NCBI GenBank assembly: GCA_030704615.1
Contig: CM060734.1
Location: forward strand, 13,764,001 to 13,828,000
Source of the DNA: Takakia lepidozioides
Lineage: Eukaryota > Plantae > Bryophyta
Length of the DNA: 64,000 bases
Reading direction: 5' to 3'
This document shows positions 23,750 to 36,670 of the stretch, one piece after another. Made by a program: the position numbers and the translations under genes. The number at the start of each line of letters is the position of its first letter. The first letter of the stretch is position 1. A model generated the notes under the pieces. The model did not search any database and was not told the origin of the DNA. It worked only from the letters and a program-made list of their open reading frames with translations.

Positions 23750-24560
23750 GTTTGTGAACATGTATGTCTCATTCAGATGCCGTTTTACAAAAGCGTATCC
23801 CTTGATTGATGTTGGGTTGCGTACATTCGAAAAGCTCAAGCCATATTTTGTGAGAAAGCTGAAAGATGGGAATACATGTTGCTGTAAATACCATGTTGAG
23901 ATGGATGAATTGAAAAAATGGTACAACAACATGAGATCCATCGACAATGGAGTGCATGGCGCGCAATGTTCTTGTGATTGCTTTGCAATATGCTCACCTC
24001 CTCATGCCACCGTGTCTTCAGCATCCTCGTCTTCTGCTCGTTGTTGCTTTGCTGTGGAGAAGGTCCATAAGGGGGTTACAACATTATGGTAGCAGATTGT
24101 GTGTTCTAGACCTGAGGAGGAGTTATGGCATAAACAAAAGTGTTTGCTTGGGCAATGTACTCAGTGTAGGATTAAGACCTTGCCTCTTTGTCCCAAAGAA
24201 GTAGACAACTCTCAAGAGGCTCTAGTTCATTGGCGTTGTTTTCAAAAAGTGGCGGTTGGGAAAACAAAGGTGGGTGATCCTAAAAGGGTTACTAGACTTG
24301 AATTGAAGACCACAACTTCAGCTGAATTTCTGTCCTACCTGAAACCCAAGCTTCAAAAATTTGTGGCGCATAATTACATTGCGAGGTGGCAAGACAAAGA
24401 ATTCAAGTTGTGTCTGCAAAGTATTCCTGAAGGTGTTGTGGTATCTGTGATAGATTTTGTAGAGAATTATTCTTTCAAGGAGCAGAACAAGATCCAAGAA
24501 ATGGTATTCCTTTCAGATTACCATTCTCGTCCACATCACGTACAGGTTGAACTGACAATG
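23750..24560 (+). pseudogene. Cys-rich DNA-transposase-like fragment (possibly Sola2-like)
   Basis: FEKLKPYFVR...TCCCKYH; CLLGQCTQC; FVAHNYIARWQ...VIDFVENYSF..Q..IQ. I recall DFxENY as the first catalytic Asp of a DDD transposase group; family uncertain. In-frame stop, truncated. Confidence 0.55.
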
Positions 24561-27500
24561 GCCCCGTGATCTTGGCAAAATTTCTCACATACTTTCGGTA
24601 TAGGAGGCGAGTCCTAGGAAGGACGGACACCATCCGATAGTTGAAGTGTCAAGTCACGACAAACACATTACTTAAGGGATCGCTGACATCCAGCTGATAC
24701 CAGGCCCTTTTGAGTAATCATTTGACCTCCTCTTCCTCTCTAGACACGTCCAGAACATCCATGAAAAGGGGAGGGCTCTCTTCAGACTGTCGCCAAATCC
24801 CCTTGCATCCATATGGTTGTGGTGGCTGTGGTATCGAAATGACTTCCTCTTCTCTTTCCGAAGGCTGTGCTTCCAATAATAACTGTTCTCTGTGCTCTCA
24901 AATACCTCGACAAATGAATTAACATATGCAACAATCAACCACCACCCTCCCCATTCAGATCATACGTTCTAATCCCCTAGTTCCTGATTGTTCTTTTTTT
25001 TTCAGCCAAGCTCTAAGTTTTTGACGCCCTGGATTGATATTCACGGTTTTGATGGAGCTTTGCCATGTCTCATGTGTAGGTGTTCAAGCTTATACCTTGG
25101 CACTTGATCAAGAGTGGGAGAATGACAGAGAAGCATAATCAGATATTGCATACTAGACTATCAGTATAGACACAGAAAGCCAGTAGTACTGTCAGGGTGC
25201 TTCTTTGTTTGTATACCTTGAGTGTTGGCTTGAGAACTAGGTAGATGAGCATTGCATTAGAAGGAACCTGCAGGTCTATGTTGGGTTGGTTTGAAATCCT
25301 GAATTGAGATCCATCCCTGGAGTCTGTTGTGTCTACGAATGAAATTGTCTTACTGGGAACCAGAGGAGATATACTAGTTTGATTTCATGTTTTGAGAATG
25401 TAGGTACAGTAATCTAGGTACAGTAATGGCCAACTGGTGCAGTGTGAGTGTGTATGAATCTCTCATGCATACAAGAGGACAGTGAGAGGCAGTGCCCTAG
25501 GTCACTCTGGTTTCAAAATACACTTAGAATGTAATGGGCAACAAATCCAATGCTTCCATTATTGCGAAGTTTCTTCCCACGGTGGAGGTCCATCAATTGT
25601 AGTTCTTTGCGGGATGTTTGGATGATGGGGAATACTTGATTTATAGGTGGCTTCATCGCTACCATCTGGTGTGCACTTCTCTAGTTTGTACATATCAAAA
25701 TCAGTTGTGGAATCTGAAGCAACGGGTATGGTACGGGTTATCTCCACTATAAACAGCAGCATATAAGCAAATATGCTAGGAGTACTTGAGCATCAGGAAG
25801 TCTGAGTGTGAAGGGTCTGATTTGTAAAGAACCCACTGGGAAATTTGGATGTCGAGCATGGTTTGTAATGAGAACCAATTTTGTGCTTAGCAAGTAGTAC
25901 CTTCATGTCATATGTAGAAATCTGTGGGGCAGCATGAGTAAGTTGATGCCACAATTGGTATAATGTCCAAGTGTTCTGGCCACAACCTACAAGTCAACTC
26001 AAGGTGGGAGAAGGTTTCAATATGCATATGCATGGAGGCAAGGTGATCATAGAGCTGGAAGTGCAGGTACCACTTTGCCAGTCAAGGGACCAGCACTTGA
26101 TCATGTCTCATTGAGCTGAGAGCAACATCACCAAACGAATGGGAAGGATGTTGCAACACATGGACCAATGGGAACCCATGAGCAAAGGCTCCTGATTAAA
26201 GGGAATCTCAAGTTGATGCACAAAAACCAATGCCTGCCAGAAATGATGGTCCTAGCTTGACATTATTGGCATTTCAAAGATGTTCATGAAGCTATTTCAC
26301 CTTAGTCCAAGTAAATCACACAACATCAAGACTATCTCCCTGAGTTGAAACCGTGTGCCGTATGTCCACAAAAAGATCTGAGAATAAGATCTTAGCCTCA
26401 GCACCTCAGCCGACACCCCTTATCACCTGGTCCCAAGCAAAAACCAGATCCTACACCAAAATTGAAGTACCCTACTTCTTCTTTGTGGTATACTTGCGAT
26501 TCTTCGGATTTTCAGAATAAGAGGGGGTTATCCCCTTTGATTCTGCTTGGGCCCTTGCCCGAGCTAGCACAGTTAGCTTCAGTGGAGATGTCACCGCATG
26601 AAGATTAACCATTTTGTGACCATGTCGTGGAGGTGTGACGTCATCTACAAGGTCATTCTGCGACGACCTGCTTGTTTTCCCTTTCTTGGATGTCCCCCCT
26701 TCAGCCATTACGTCAACTGCGCCACTCCGCTTTGACACATTAGTTTTGCCTTGCTTAGCATTTGGTCGTTTGGTAGGTAGTACCCTCCCTTCAGGTGAAT
26801 ACTTGTTGTGATATTGACCCTTGTTTGATCTCTTTCCAGCTACCACTAAGGAGGGGTCTTCACCTGTAGCACCTAGTGCAATTTGCACACGAACAATATT
26901 TTACACCACAACATGATAAAATGTCCAAAAGTCACAAACAAAATAAAATTGTCTTGTACCTCTACATATTACAGCACTTGCCATGATGCATACTGAATTA
27001 ACTTTAGTGCTTTCTAATGAAATGTTACCTGTAATTCTCCAATGGATGCCTTCCGTATCCCCAAACAGTGGTCTTCACAAACTAATCCCTTTTCTGCCCC
27101 CACCTCCAAATTTGAAGATATTGGCAACTGCAATCCGTCAACCCCCTATATTACACAATACAATATAATGAGATAAGTCAACCAATATGGAGTAGGCAGA
27201 AATCAACCTCACCCTTCATTAAAGTTGCAGTAATAAATCTTAATCTGAATGTGAATATATCTGTACCAAGCTCACTATGCGGTCATGACCAATGCAATTA
27301 CAAACAAACCTTCAAAGCTGCAACAATAAATCTGATATGCAGTAAGCTCACCAACTGGCCATGACCAATGCAAAGTACAAACAGACCTTTTTGAGAGCAA
27401 TTAGTGGTAGAGGACAAGTTTTCCCAACATTGGGCTCATCAATTCCCACCTCGACATCATCATGACATCCCAAACTGTGTGCGGTGTCTGAATCATCCGA

Positions 27501-28995
27501 GGTGTTGTCATCAGTACCACTCAAACTGTGAATTTCCATATCCACTGGAGCTACTTCCTCACTCTCACTGGAAGAAGTCTTGTAAGATTCTTCCTCACTG
27601 TCCCGTTGCTTCTTTCTGCCACCACTTTTGGCCCTTGAAGATTTTTTCACATTTGGATGCTCGGTGGCTGGATGAGTTGCGTTTTGCAGCATGTACTAAT
27701 GTCCAAGCTGATGACAGGTTGAAGCCAATGGGTTTGGGGTCAGCGACAACAACATGTCCACCTGTGATTGCGCCTTCCGTAGTGTCTTGAGCAACAGAAG
27801 TCTTGACATTGACATCAACTATTCGTGGTTGCTGATTGCCAGGATCTGCGTGCCCCAAACCTTCCTCACGCACAAGTACATACATTGTTTCTTGGGAGGG
27901 TGCAAGCTGGTCCAATGGGCTTGTGGGCATGCCTTTGGTTTTTTCCGAGATAGGGGCAGGATTCCAGGCCAAGCTTAGAACAGGAGCAGGCTTTGCGAGA
28001 TCCCTGTCCAACGAGTCAGGAGGTTGAAATTGGCTTTTGGTTTGGTACATGGGAGTATTTGAGAGCCCCACAAAATTAGTATTGGGGGTATGGTTGGAGG
28101 CTTCAAACTGAGATGGAGGCAGACTAAGGAGTTGCAGACTTGCCTTGGGGTGAGAGCAAACTCTTGTAGAAGGTGGAGGATGCGCCTCCTCCTTGATGTG
28201 TGGCCAACATGAGACACCGCAGCATCATAAGACCTCCGCCCAAACTTACAACCAGAAGGGGAACTCTTGGGCACAAGGCCGGATGAAGCTAAGACCTCAC
28301 AATCTATGCTCTCTTGTACTCCTGTATGATAAAACAATCTATGTTAGAATATTCAATGAGTAGGTACTTGCATATAATATCATATGCATACTATACACTG
28401 GACATACATCATCCTTGGTAGCAGGAAACAAGGAAGTCAAGTCATAGCTCTAGAAAACAGGGATGGATTTTCATGTATCAGGGAAACATGGATGGAATTT
28501 CAAGTCTCAGGAAAAGTGGGAGCCACTTTCCATACACGGGAAAAATGGAGGTCAGTTTCCATCTGTAGGAAACTTCTTTCCAAGTAGAAGGACCAATGTT
28601 TCCATACCAAGGATGTGCTTTCCTAAGATTGGATCTCGAGTCTTACAAGTTCCTGGCAGGATCTGTTTTCCTAGACAACCAAGAAAGTATTCTAGAAAAG
28701 GAAACACTTTGGTGACAAGGACAAACAGTTCGAAGGCCATAACAACATTCCTGGCACATGCTCAGTTTCCTGTCTTCTGCATGAATAATCCCTATACATA
28801 GGCTTATTCCTAGAAATCCTGGAAATGTCACAGTACTCCTGTTTTTGTGCCTAACTCCTTGCAAATACAACTTACGAGTTACACTTCAAAGAATATACAC
28901 TTGTACCATTTCTATCATCCTGACACTTTGCACACCCGCACATTGCAATTACAGGGCCATGGATCAATGGAAAGAGAAGAAAATGAAAATGGGTA

Positions 28996-30580
28996 TCACA
29001 ACTCACCCGTGCTTAGAAGTGCCTGCGTCTTCTTTGCCTCTAGCCACTTGCCCTGTTGATCCTTCAAAACTTCATGTTCTGCAAATGTTGGCTCATTGCC
29101 AAGGGTAGCCTCACAAAACCCAAAAGATGCATACCAATCCAAATGGAAAGGCTCGTGACAGAACCTCTCACGACAAGTATTGCTAGTCAACAAATGAACA
29201 CCCATGCAGAAGGGGTGGTAAGTATGACCACAAGAAGCCACTACAATGTCATTGCAATGATACCAGTCAAGGCACACTGGACACTCCTTTATCAACAATA
29301 CTTTCTTAGAAGGAGGGCTAGAGGGGTGTACAATAGGCAAGGGCTGCATTAAAATCCCCTTCCCAAGCCTCATGTTGGTTAGTTGATCTGACAACAGTGC
29401 CCTCTCTACCTCCACTTTCTGCATAGTATCTTGAAGACCTGCAATCCCCTTCAAAACTCTTTCATGCTCTCCCGAGAATTGAGAAAATAAAATGGCTCCC
29501 TCCTCATACCGACTCTTGCTTCTTTGGTGAATAGTGTGCAATACACTCTTCTCATTCTCCATGGCCACCAATGTGGACTGAACTTCTTTCAATGCATCAG
29601 TGGCTTTGTCAAGCATAGATTGAAATGCTTGTGTGATCTCAACTGGTTCATTATGGAGTTCAGCATTCATTACCGCACTTGTGGCAGACCTGTGCTCATG
29701 TTGCAGCTCACCCAATCGTTGTTTTTCCACCAAGATCCTTGCGTCAAGCTCGCTCAATTCAACCAATGCCTCTGAGACAGAGATTTGCCTATCATCCATC
29801 TGAACTCTATATGTCTTGATATTGTCTTCAATGTTTGCAAGCCGTTTGTTCAACTTTGCAACCTCATCCTTCAAAGCATCCAACACATCATTCTTCGCAT
29901 CTATAAGTAGCTGAACCCTGCCAAGCTCTTCCTTGGAATACATTCCCAAAGGTCATGTTGTGTTGCTTGGGGTCACTGTTGCTTGTTTGCCTTCTCCATC
30001 AGAAGAATCTCTCACTGGAGGTTGTCAGGTCTCCTTCATTTTTCACAGGCGCTGTCACTTCTTTTTCCATGGCCCTATCCTCCTGCTTCTGAAGTTTCTT
30101 TTTCTCTCGACGCCTCCTATAGCTCTGCACCTGTTTTGCATTCTTTTCCAACGCAAAATGGGCCCAATCTACTTCTTGTCCCTTGCTCTCAGCAACCACT
30201 GCTCTTGCGAATGACAAAGTGAGTTGGTTGTTCTCTACCTCATCTTTCTGGTTGACCCGCTGTTACAAATTGGTGATTTGATCTTGCACCTCTTGGTCAG
30301 GTTTCCTGTGATACCAATATCCATTTTTGTTTGTCTTTGGTCCAAACACATTTTCTAACTCTTCAGGGGTAACATGGGAATCTGTTAGTTGCAATACTCC
30401 TACGCCAGTAGCGCGCAAGCCAAGAGTATCTCTAAAATATTCAAGGTCTCTTGGAGTAGGTGGCCCTCTCTTCCTTTTCTTCTTGGTTCCGTTTGGACAA
30501 CGTGGTCTCCGCATCTTGGTGGTTGATGCTGACTGGGAGCCTGTGCGAGTCATGGCTCAGACAGGGCCAGAGTCGCTGTA
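28996..30580 (-). pseudogene. Coiled-coil + RING-finger protein, probably TE-borne, frameshifted N-terminus
   Basis: 317-aa ORF with ~200 aa heptad-rich region, then CPVC-x12-CGHTYHPFC-x10-C-x4-C. Upstream pieces carry an NLS-like KKKRKR and ARAVVAESKGQEVDWA. Confidence 0.7.
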
Positions 30581-31149
30581 CCTGTGAAAGCCAAACACAA
30601 ATGCATAACAGCCTTAAGCTCTCACATGATGGGCGAGGACCTCATGAGGATCTGACGGCTGGTCTACCCCAGGTCACCCCTCCCCTGTTTGACCTATCTG
30701 TGGAGTTATTTGAGCATGCCTATTTAGCCACAACTTTTGAACGAAGTACTCGATTGCAAGAAGGTGAAGATGAGGAGTGCACCAATAAGAACCCCTTGTC
30801 TCGAGCTTCTCGTGAGGAAATGTCACACGCTGCTGCTGAGCCTTTCACATTTGAAGCACACCTCCCTCCACGATTTCAAGCAGCCAATGTATGGGCATGA
30901 AGTTGAGTGCATACGAGGCTGACATTAACCCTAAAACCTGTAGCTACCAGAAATCGCTCATTGGACAATTTACTCCTCGATGTTCCCTGCATATGGTCTC
31001 TTCTGTACACAGCTCAATGCCTCATAGACCCCTAGCGGGACATCGACACAACACCACTTGAGGCTCTCGCCGCGTCCGCGTCTTCGAACAACCCGGGCAG
31101 AGTTCAACATTGTCATGTGCAACGACGTGTTTGGCCACGTCAGCATAAC

Positions 31150-32341
31150 GGATGTCCAAAATTCAAATTTTTTGAGTCATTTTCTTCATTATCAGGAAAG
31201 CCTTTGTTTTACACAAGTGGGGTGACCCTCCCTTGCTTGTTACCACTTGGTCACTCGAATGACAAGTGGGAACTTGTCGAATGCTTGGGTGATGTTTGAC
31301 CATATCAACCGAATTACAAACCATCAGTGGGTGAACATGGATGTGCATGTTTATGACTATCACTCCAAAAGGCTCGTGACAATTGCAATATGCGAGATGA
31401 AAGGGGAGGACACACAATTGGAGATGCATTTGGGGGAGGGGATAAATGAGCAGATGGCAAGGGCGGGGGTGCCTAAGCCAAATTTTAGGGGATTCATAGC
31501 AGACAACACTCAGGCCAACTGGGCAGCGGTGCGGCGTGTGTATGGGGAGGACCCAAATGTTCCGATGGAGGGGAAAGAGAGATCCTGTGGATTCCATTGG
31601 ATTGCAAAGTTCTCACTACACAGACCAATTGTGTGCAAACTCCTTCCAAGCACTGAACACCGTATCCTTTGTATGGCGTGGAAGGATGCACCCACATTTG
31701 ATGACGCGAAGGTGAAGTTTGTAATCATTGAGGCTTGGTCGTGGTGGCATTACCGGTATAGATAGTTTGGTCAGTACATGCGGAAGGTATGATATCAGAC
31801 TTTTACTGCACTTGTCGTTCTATTCCACACATTTCTATTTTCCCTCACCATTGTTTCTATCTTTGTAGGACATGGGCCTGGATTCGGACACGGACATGTC
31901 GACCACGAATATGGCTGAATCAGTCCACTCCTCTTGGCGAGCATCTTGTGCTGCACATCTGGTCGACCTCCTGACGGCCACAACGGAGGACATCGACAGA
32001 TCAATCATCCATCAAGCAAGGTACTACAAATTCCTCGCGGGAGGAAACAATGGGGCTTGGGCTGGGATAGGCAAGAAATGTTGGTACGAATAGCTTTGAG
32101 GTTGAAAAATCCAGTGACATGGGCGAGGGCATTGCGAGAGAATATCAAAGGGACGCCTCTGCACCGCAGAGGTGAACACCTAGAGGGCGACGTCCATACT
32201 CGCCCTGTGAGGCGGAGAATTGAAGACGAACCCGGCTGCGAAGAGGATTCTTGGCGATCCGACAGGAACCTTCGGACTACGCCTCGAGGTCCAGTCATGT
32301 TGCCGCACAATGTCTTTTCCAACAATGGAAGCCCAAGAGTT
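31150..32341 (+). pseudogene. Mutator-like (MULE) transposase remnant
   Basis: VMFDH...FIADNTQANWAAVRRVY...CGFHW (CxxH) and, after a GT..AG intron (~31787-31868), TTNMAESVH; cut by the LTR at 32342. Confidence 0.75.
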
Positions 32342-32962
32342 TGTTGAGCGGCTTTTACTCACCCATCCCTTCGTTATCCGAGGTGGAAACTCCAAGATAG
32401 AAGAGTTGGATATCTCTAAGTACTCAGCCGCTCAGAACAATCAATCATGACCTACAGCTAGTGTATCATGGGGGTGTTCCGATATCTATTCCTTCTTGCA
32501 TTCATGTTTGGTAAATTACCTTACTGCCTAAGATTAAGTATCAGATAACTAACTAACTGCCAGCCAAGACAATGGTAAGTATTGTTGTTCCCCTTGCTGT
32601 TGACGTTCCCGCACACTCGTTCCCTGCCAGTGATAACCGTTCCCTGTGTTAAGCTGTGACCTGTGTAACACTGTGACGGGCTGTGATTGTGTCAGACTGT
32701 GATTGACTGTGTCAGACTGTGACTGGATGTGTCGGCTGTGTGCTGTGTCAGACTGTGTCGGGCTGTGTCGGGCTATGACTGACTGTGACTAAGTGTGATA
32801 GGCTGTAATAGGCTGTATAAGCCTGTGACTGCTAACTGTGTGAGCCTGTTACCACCCCTAAGGCGTGTGTGGGTCTGAGTCTACCACCCTTAAGTCTGCG
32901 CAAAATTAAGGGTACCCCACAGAACCCGTAAAACTGTCTAAGTCCTAGACAGCCCTCTAACA
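32342..32962 (-). mobile_element. 3' LTR of a truncated LTR retrotransposon
   Basis: TGTT...AACA ends, adjacent PPT, homologous to solo LTR 4253-5229. Confidence 0.9.
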
Positions 32963-32980
32963 TTATCCCTCCCCTTCTCA
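32963..32980 (-). promoter_or_regulatory. Polypurine tract
   Basis: TGAGAAGGGGAGGGATAA immediately 5' of the LTR TG on the minus strand. Confidence 0.85.
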
Positions 32981-33134
32981 AAAAGCCGTGCCCTCACGGT
33001 TTACTGCTTAGGATCAGCAAACCTTTGCGAACGAGCACCCTTTTGGGTGAGATGAGACCCTTTGGAGGGCTCTGTGTATGAGCCCGAGCCATGTCTTTGG
33101 CTGGTGGAGATGACTGTCGACTAGATGGAGCTGA

Positions 33135-36100
33135 CTAGCCTGGCTTGGGTTGATATGGTGGCAATTTCTCAGGCATAGGAGATCCCCGTCGTTTCGTCTC
33201 CTTCATTTGTGTCTCATAATCCTCAGCCATGTCAAAATTTCCCTCCAAAGAACCAGTGGTATTCGAATCATCTTCCCACCGTTGGCCGTGCTGTTTCCTG
33301 ACCTTTTGTGGCTTCTCAGGAAGCTTGACTGGCATACAATGGATGCCCACCATGTCCGGAACCTTATATTGTAAGACTTGAGCCAGCCTCTTGTGAGCAA
33401 GATTAGTATATGTCCGCAGCTCATCATTTGTAAAGCAAAGTGGTGTGTCTATCACCTTTGAAAAGTGTAGCCATTTCCTGGCCTCATGCCCCTTGGGAAA
33501 AATATGGTCAAAGTCCAGGTTCTCCTTGGCCAAGTGCTCCAGAGCAAAAGAAAACCAAGAACGGAGTTTTGGATCCCTTTGAAGCATGACCCGAGGTCAC
33601 ATCATACAGATAGGTGTGTGGTGGAACTGAAGGTAACGTCCAATGCTCCCCACTAGAATAAGTCTGAAACCTCATTTGCATCTTCTGCTGCTCAGTGTGG
33701 TAGCATAAAACAAAGCAAGCAGCATAATACATCCCACAGCCCATGACCAGACTAGGTACCTCATTGGTCTTGGTGTAGATGAATCCATGAACAATTTGAA
33801 AGGCAATTAATTCCTTCAGCATGGTTCCTGCCTCAGACCAGTACCGTGCAAAATGGTGATCTTCAATGGGTCTGTCAGTTGGAAGAACCTTAGTCCGAGT
33901 TGCCACTAGCAACTAAATGCGCATAATCTGGTAATAGTGTGCCAAAGACTCTGGAGGACTGAATATTTCCCAAGCCACATCCATAACAATGGGAATTTGG
34001 TTGAAGGGTAGAATCATAGCTCGATTGTATTCAAGTGCAGCAGGAGTAGTAGGGGGGGTAAAATAAGGATCCCCCCAAACCTCATGCACTGATTGCTACT
34101 GTACCATGGTATCAATACTGTTTACCTGGAGTGGTTGCTGTGATGTTGTTGCCACAGTCCCTCCTGATGTATGCAAGGCCTGCACTTCCTGTGCTGCAGA
34201 TTGAAAAGTCAAAGTCCTTGCCTGCAAGTAAGTAGCTATGAGTTATTCCTCAGAAACAAATACCCTCTTCTCAATGTTGAAGCTCAACTCATCCACTTGA
34301 GTCTGAAGCCCTTCCACATCCTCCTGCAACTCGCTATCCAACTATAGACATTGTCTATAGTGGTTGTGGCAATGTTCTGCACCCATAGCCTGAGATCATT
34401 CATCTCATCTTGAGTCAGTTTCCTTGGTGCTTTTCCTTCCACTGGCCCTTGTGTTAACCACTCCTGCAAAAGATGACCAAGTCATGTGTAACACACGAGG
34501 ATTGTGCTCCTTCTTGAGCCTGTATGTTTTCAACTGTTGTTGTAAACTCTCCATTTGCTTCGCTTGAGGCTCAACCAGAGCTGCATAGGCAGCTGACAGA
34601 TTATTAGCTTTTTTCCAGGCCCTTTCACTCACAGAAAGTGCATTCTCCCGCATTGTGATCGTTTGCTGCAACTCTAAAAGTTGCCTGTCCTTCTGGGCAT
34701 TGACCTGGTTCAACTACTGAATTGTATTTTCATTGCGACAGAGAGTATCCTTCATGTCTGCAATGAGTTTCCCCCGCTCCATTGCCTCTGTCTCCGCCGA
34801 TATACATCTCTCAGCTTACTTCTTGACCTCCCATCGCAAGCATCTCCAAATTAGTCGTTAGTGTGGCACACTATATGAGCACTTTCTGATTGACTACTTC
34901 CAATTCCGTGTGAAGCAACTTCACTTCTTGCAACTTGCCTTCATGCTGAACTTGCATCTGGTATAACTGCTGCTTATGCACTTCATGTAACTTCTCATGC
35001 TCAAGACCTACCCCAATTGAGTCTCATTCTCAAGCTGTAGGGCAGCTTTGGTGTCCTCCAATTCTTGCTACAACTTGAGGTTGGCCTCCACATCCACCTT
35101 GTTTGCACACTCGAAGGAGGAGGAGGAACATGACTAGTCTTGAAATAGGTGCCCAACAAGTTGAGAGTCCTGCTTATGGAACTCATACCCATGGCCTGCT
35201 ATGGGTCTTCATGGAAAACCTGCTGCTATTCTTCTTGATTCTCAACAATTTGGTGCTTCACAAACCAATCAAGCCATGATCCCACAGGATCTTGTACCTG
35301 AGCAACCTCATCTTCCACAGGTGCTGCAGTACCCTTGCCCTTTACCCCTTCAATCTCTAACATAGGTTTGGCATTAACCTGCACATCAGGGATTTTCTTG
35401 GGCTGACTCTGTATTTTTGGTACCATGGGGTCTCCGACCATACCAGAGTTTTCATAGAGAAGATCGTCCTTCTCAATTTCTGCCACTACTTGCTCTGTAG
35501 TGGGGATGTCCAATCCTTCTCTCTCCACAGTAAGAGGCTCCGGTGTAACAACAAGACCAGTAGTGATGGCGTAAAGCATACCGCTGGGGCAATTGGTCAG
35601 CTGTGGCTGGCCGTGGTACTGAAGTGACTTCTTCCTCTCTCTCTAATGGCCGTGCTTCCAGTAGTAACAGCTCGTTGTGCTGCTGCACCCCATCCTGTGC
35701 AGGAGCTATGGAAACATCATCGTGAGGGTTCATTGTGGCAAGTGGAGCTGCCATTACGGTTTCGTCCCTCTTCTGTCTCTTGGGCTGGTGTTGCCTCTCT
35801 AATCCTCCTCACCTTGTGAAGAGCCTTGCTCTTCAACTGCAGTTGTGGCTGCCTAACACCCCCATTACCTTGCGTTATTCGCATCAAGCAGGCAAGAATC
35901 AAAGATAATATGTGCAATAATTGGCCAGACACAATGATGATTGGGGACTTGGCAGCAGTAGTCTGCAGTCCTTTCATCTCCTCCACCAGACCACTGTGCA
36001 TCATCTCTGCCCAAACTACATCTTCTCCCTTCAAAGCTTTCAAAACCTCTTCCGTAAAAGATCTGCTAAGATACTGTTGGTTCTGTTTCAGGGCAAACAG

Positions 36101-36240
36101 AATGTTTAGTATCTGGCCAATTTCCCTCAAACCTGGATATTCGGCTTTGGTGCAAATGAGTCCTTGGTTCCTGAAAAAGCTCTTTTCTTGGAAAAGATCC
36201 CCTATTTGCAATCTTGCCCTGTGCTCATCTAAGCAAATGC
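33135..36240 (-). pseudogene. Long extra (non gag/pol) ORF upstream of the PPT, frameshifted
   Basis: Chain of minus-strand ORF pieces (35717-36211, 35226-35579, 34405-34713, 33508-33912, 33135-33587) with KGEDVVWA motif and central coiled coil. Confidence 0.55.
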
Positions 36241-36670
36241 ATCAATATATGAAGCAAGCCATATCCAATCATTTTTTTTCCACAGAGCCTACGACCAGAT
36301 TTGAACCGGAGACCTTTTCCCTTGATATCTCTCCAAGTGTGTATCCTATATATCCAAGTGTGTCTCCTATGTCGAGGCTCAAATGTGACCTCTAGGGTAG
36401 CTCATGCCGTTGGCCCAAATGCCCAATGTCATCTAAGCCCAAATGCAAGATCTCATATGTATCCTAGTGCGTCTCCTAAGTGAGGCCCAAGTGCGACCTC
36501 TAGGGTAGCCTCTGCCGTTGGCCCAAGTGTCCAGTATCAAAATTAGTCTCGTATGTCGAGGCCCATGTATGAAAAATTGAATTCGATATATACTAAAATG
36601 CAGTTGGATGTTTGTTTAGTTACAAAGAATGTATGGTACACAATTAACAATGTAATGTGACTCAAAGATT

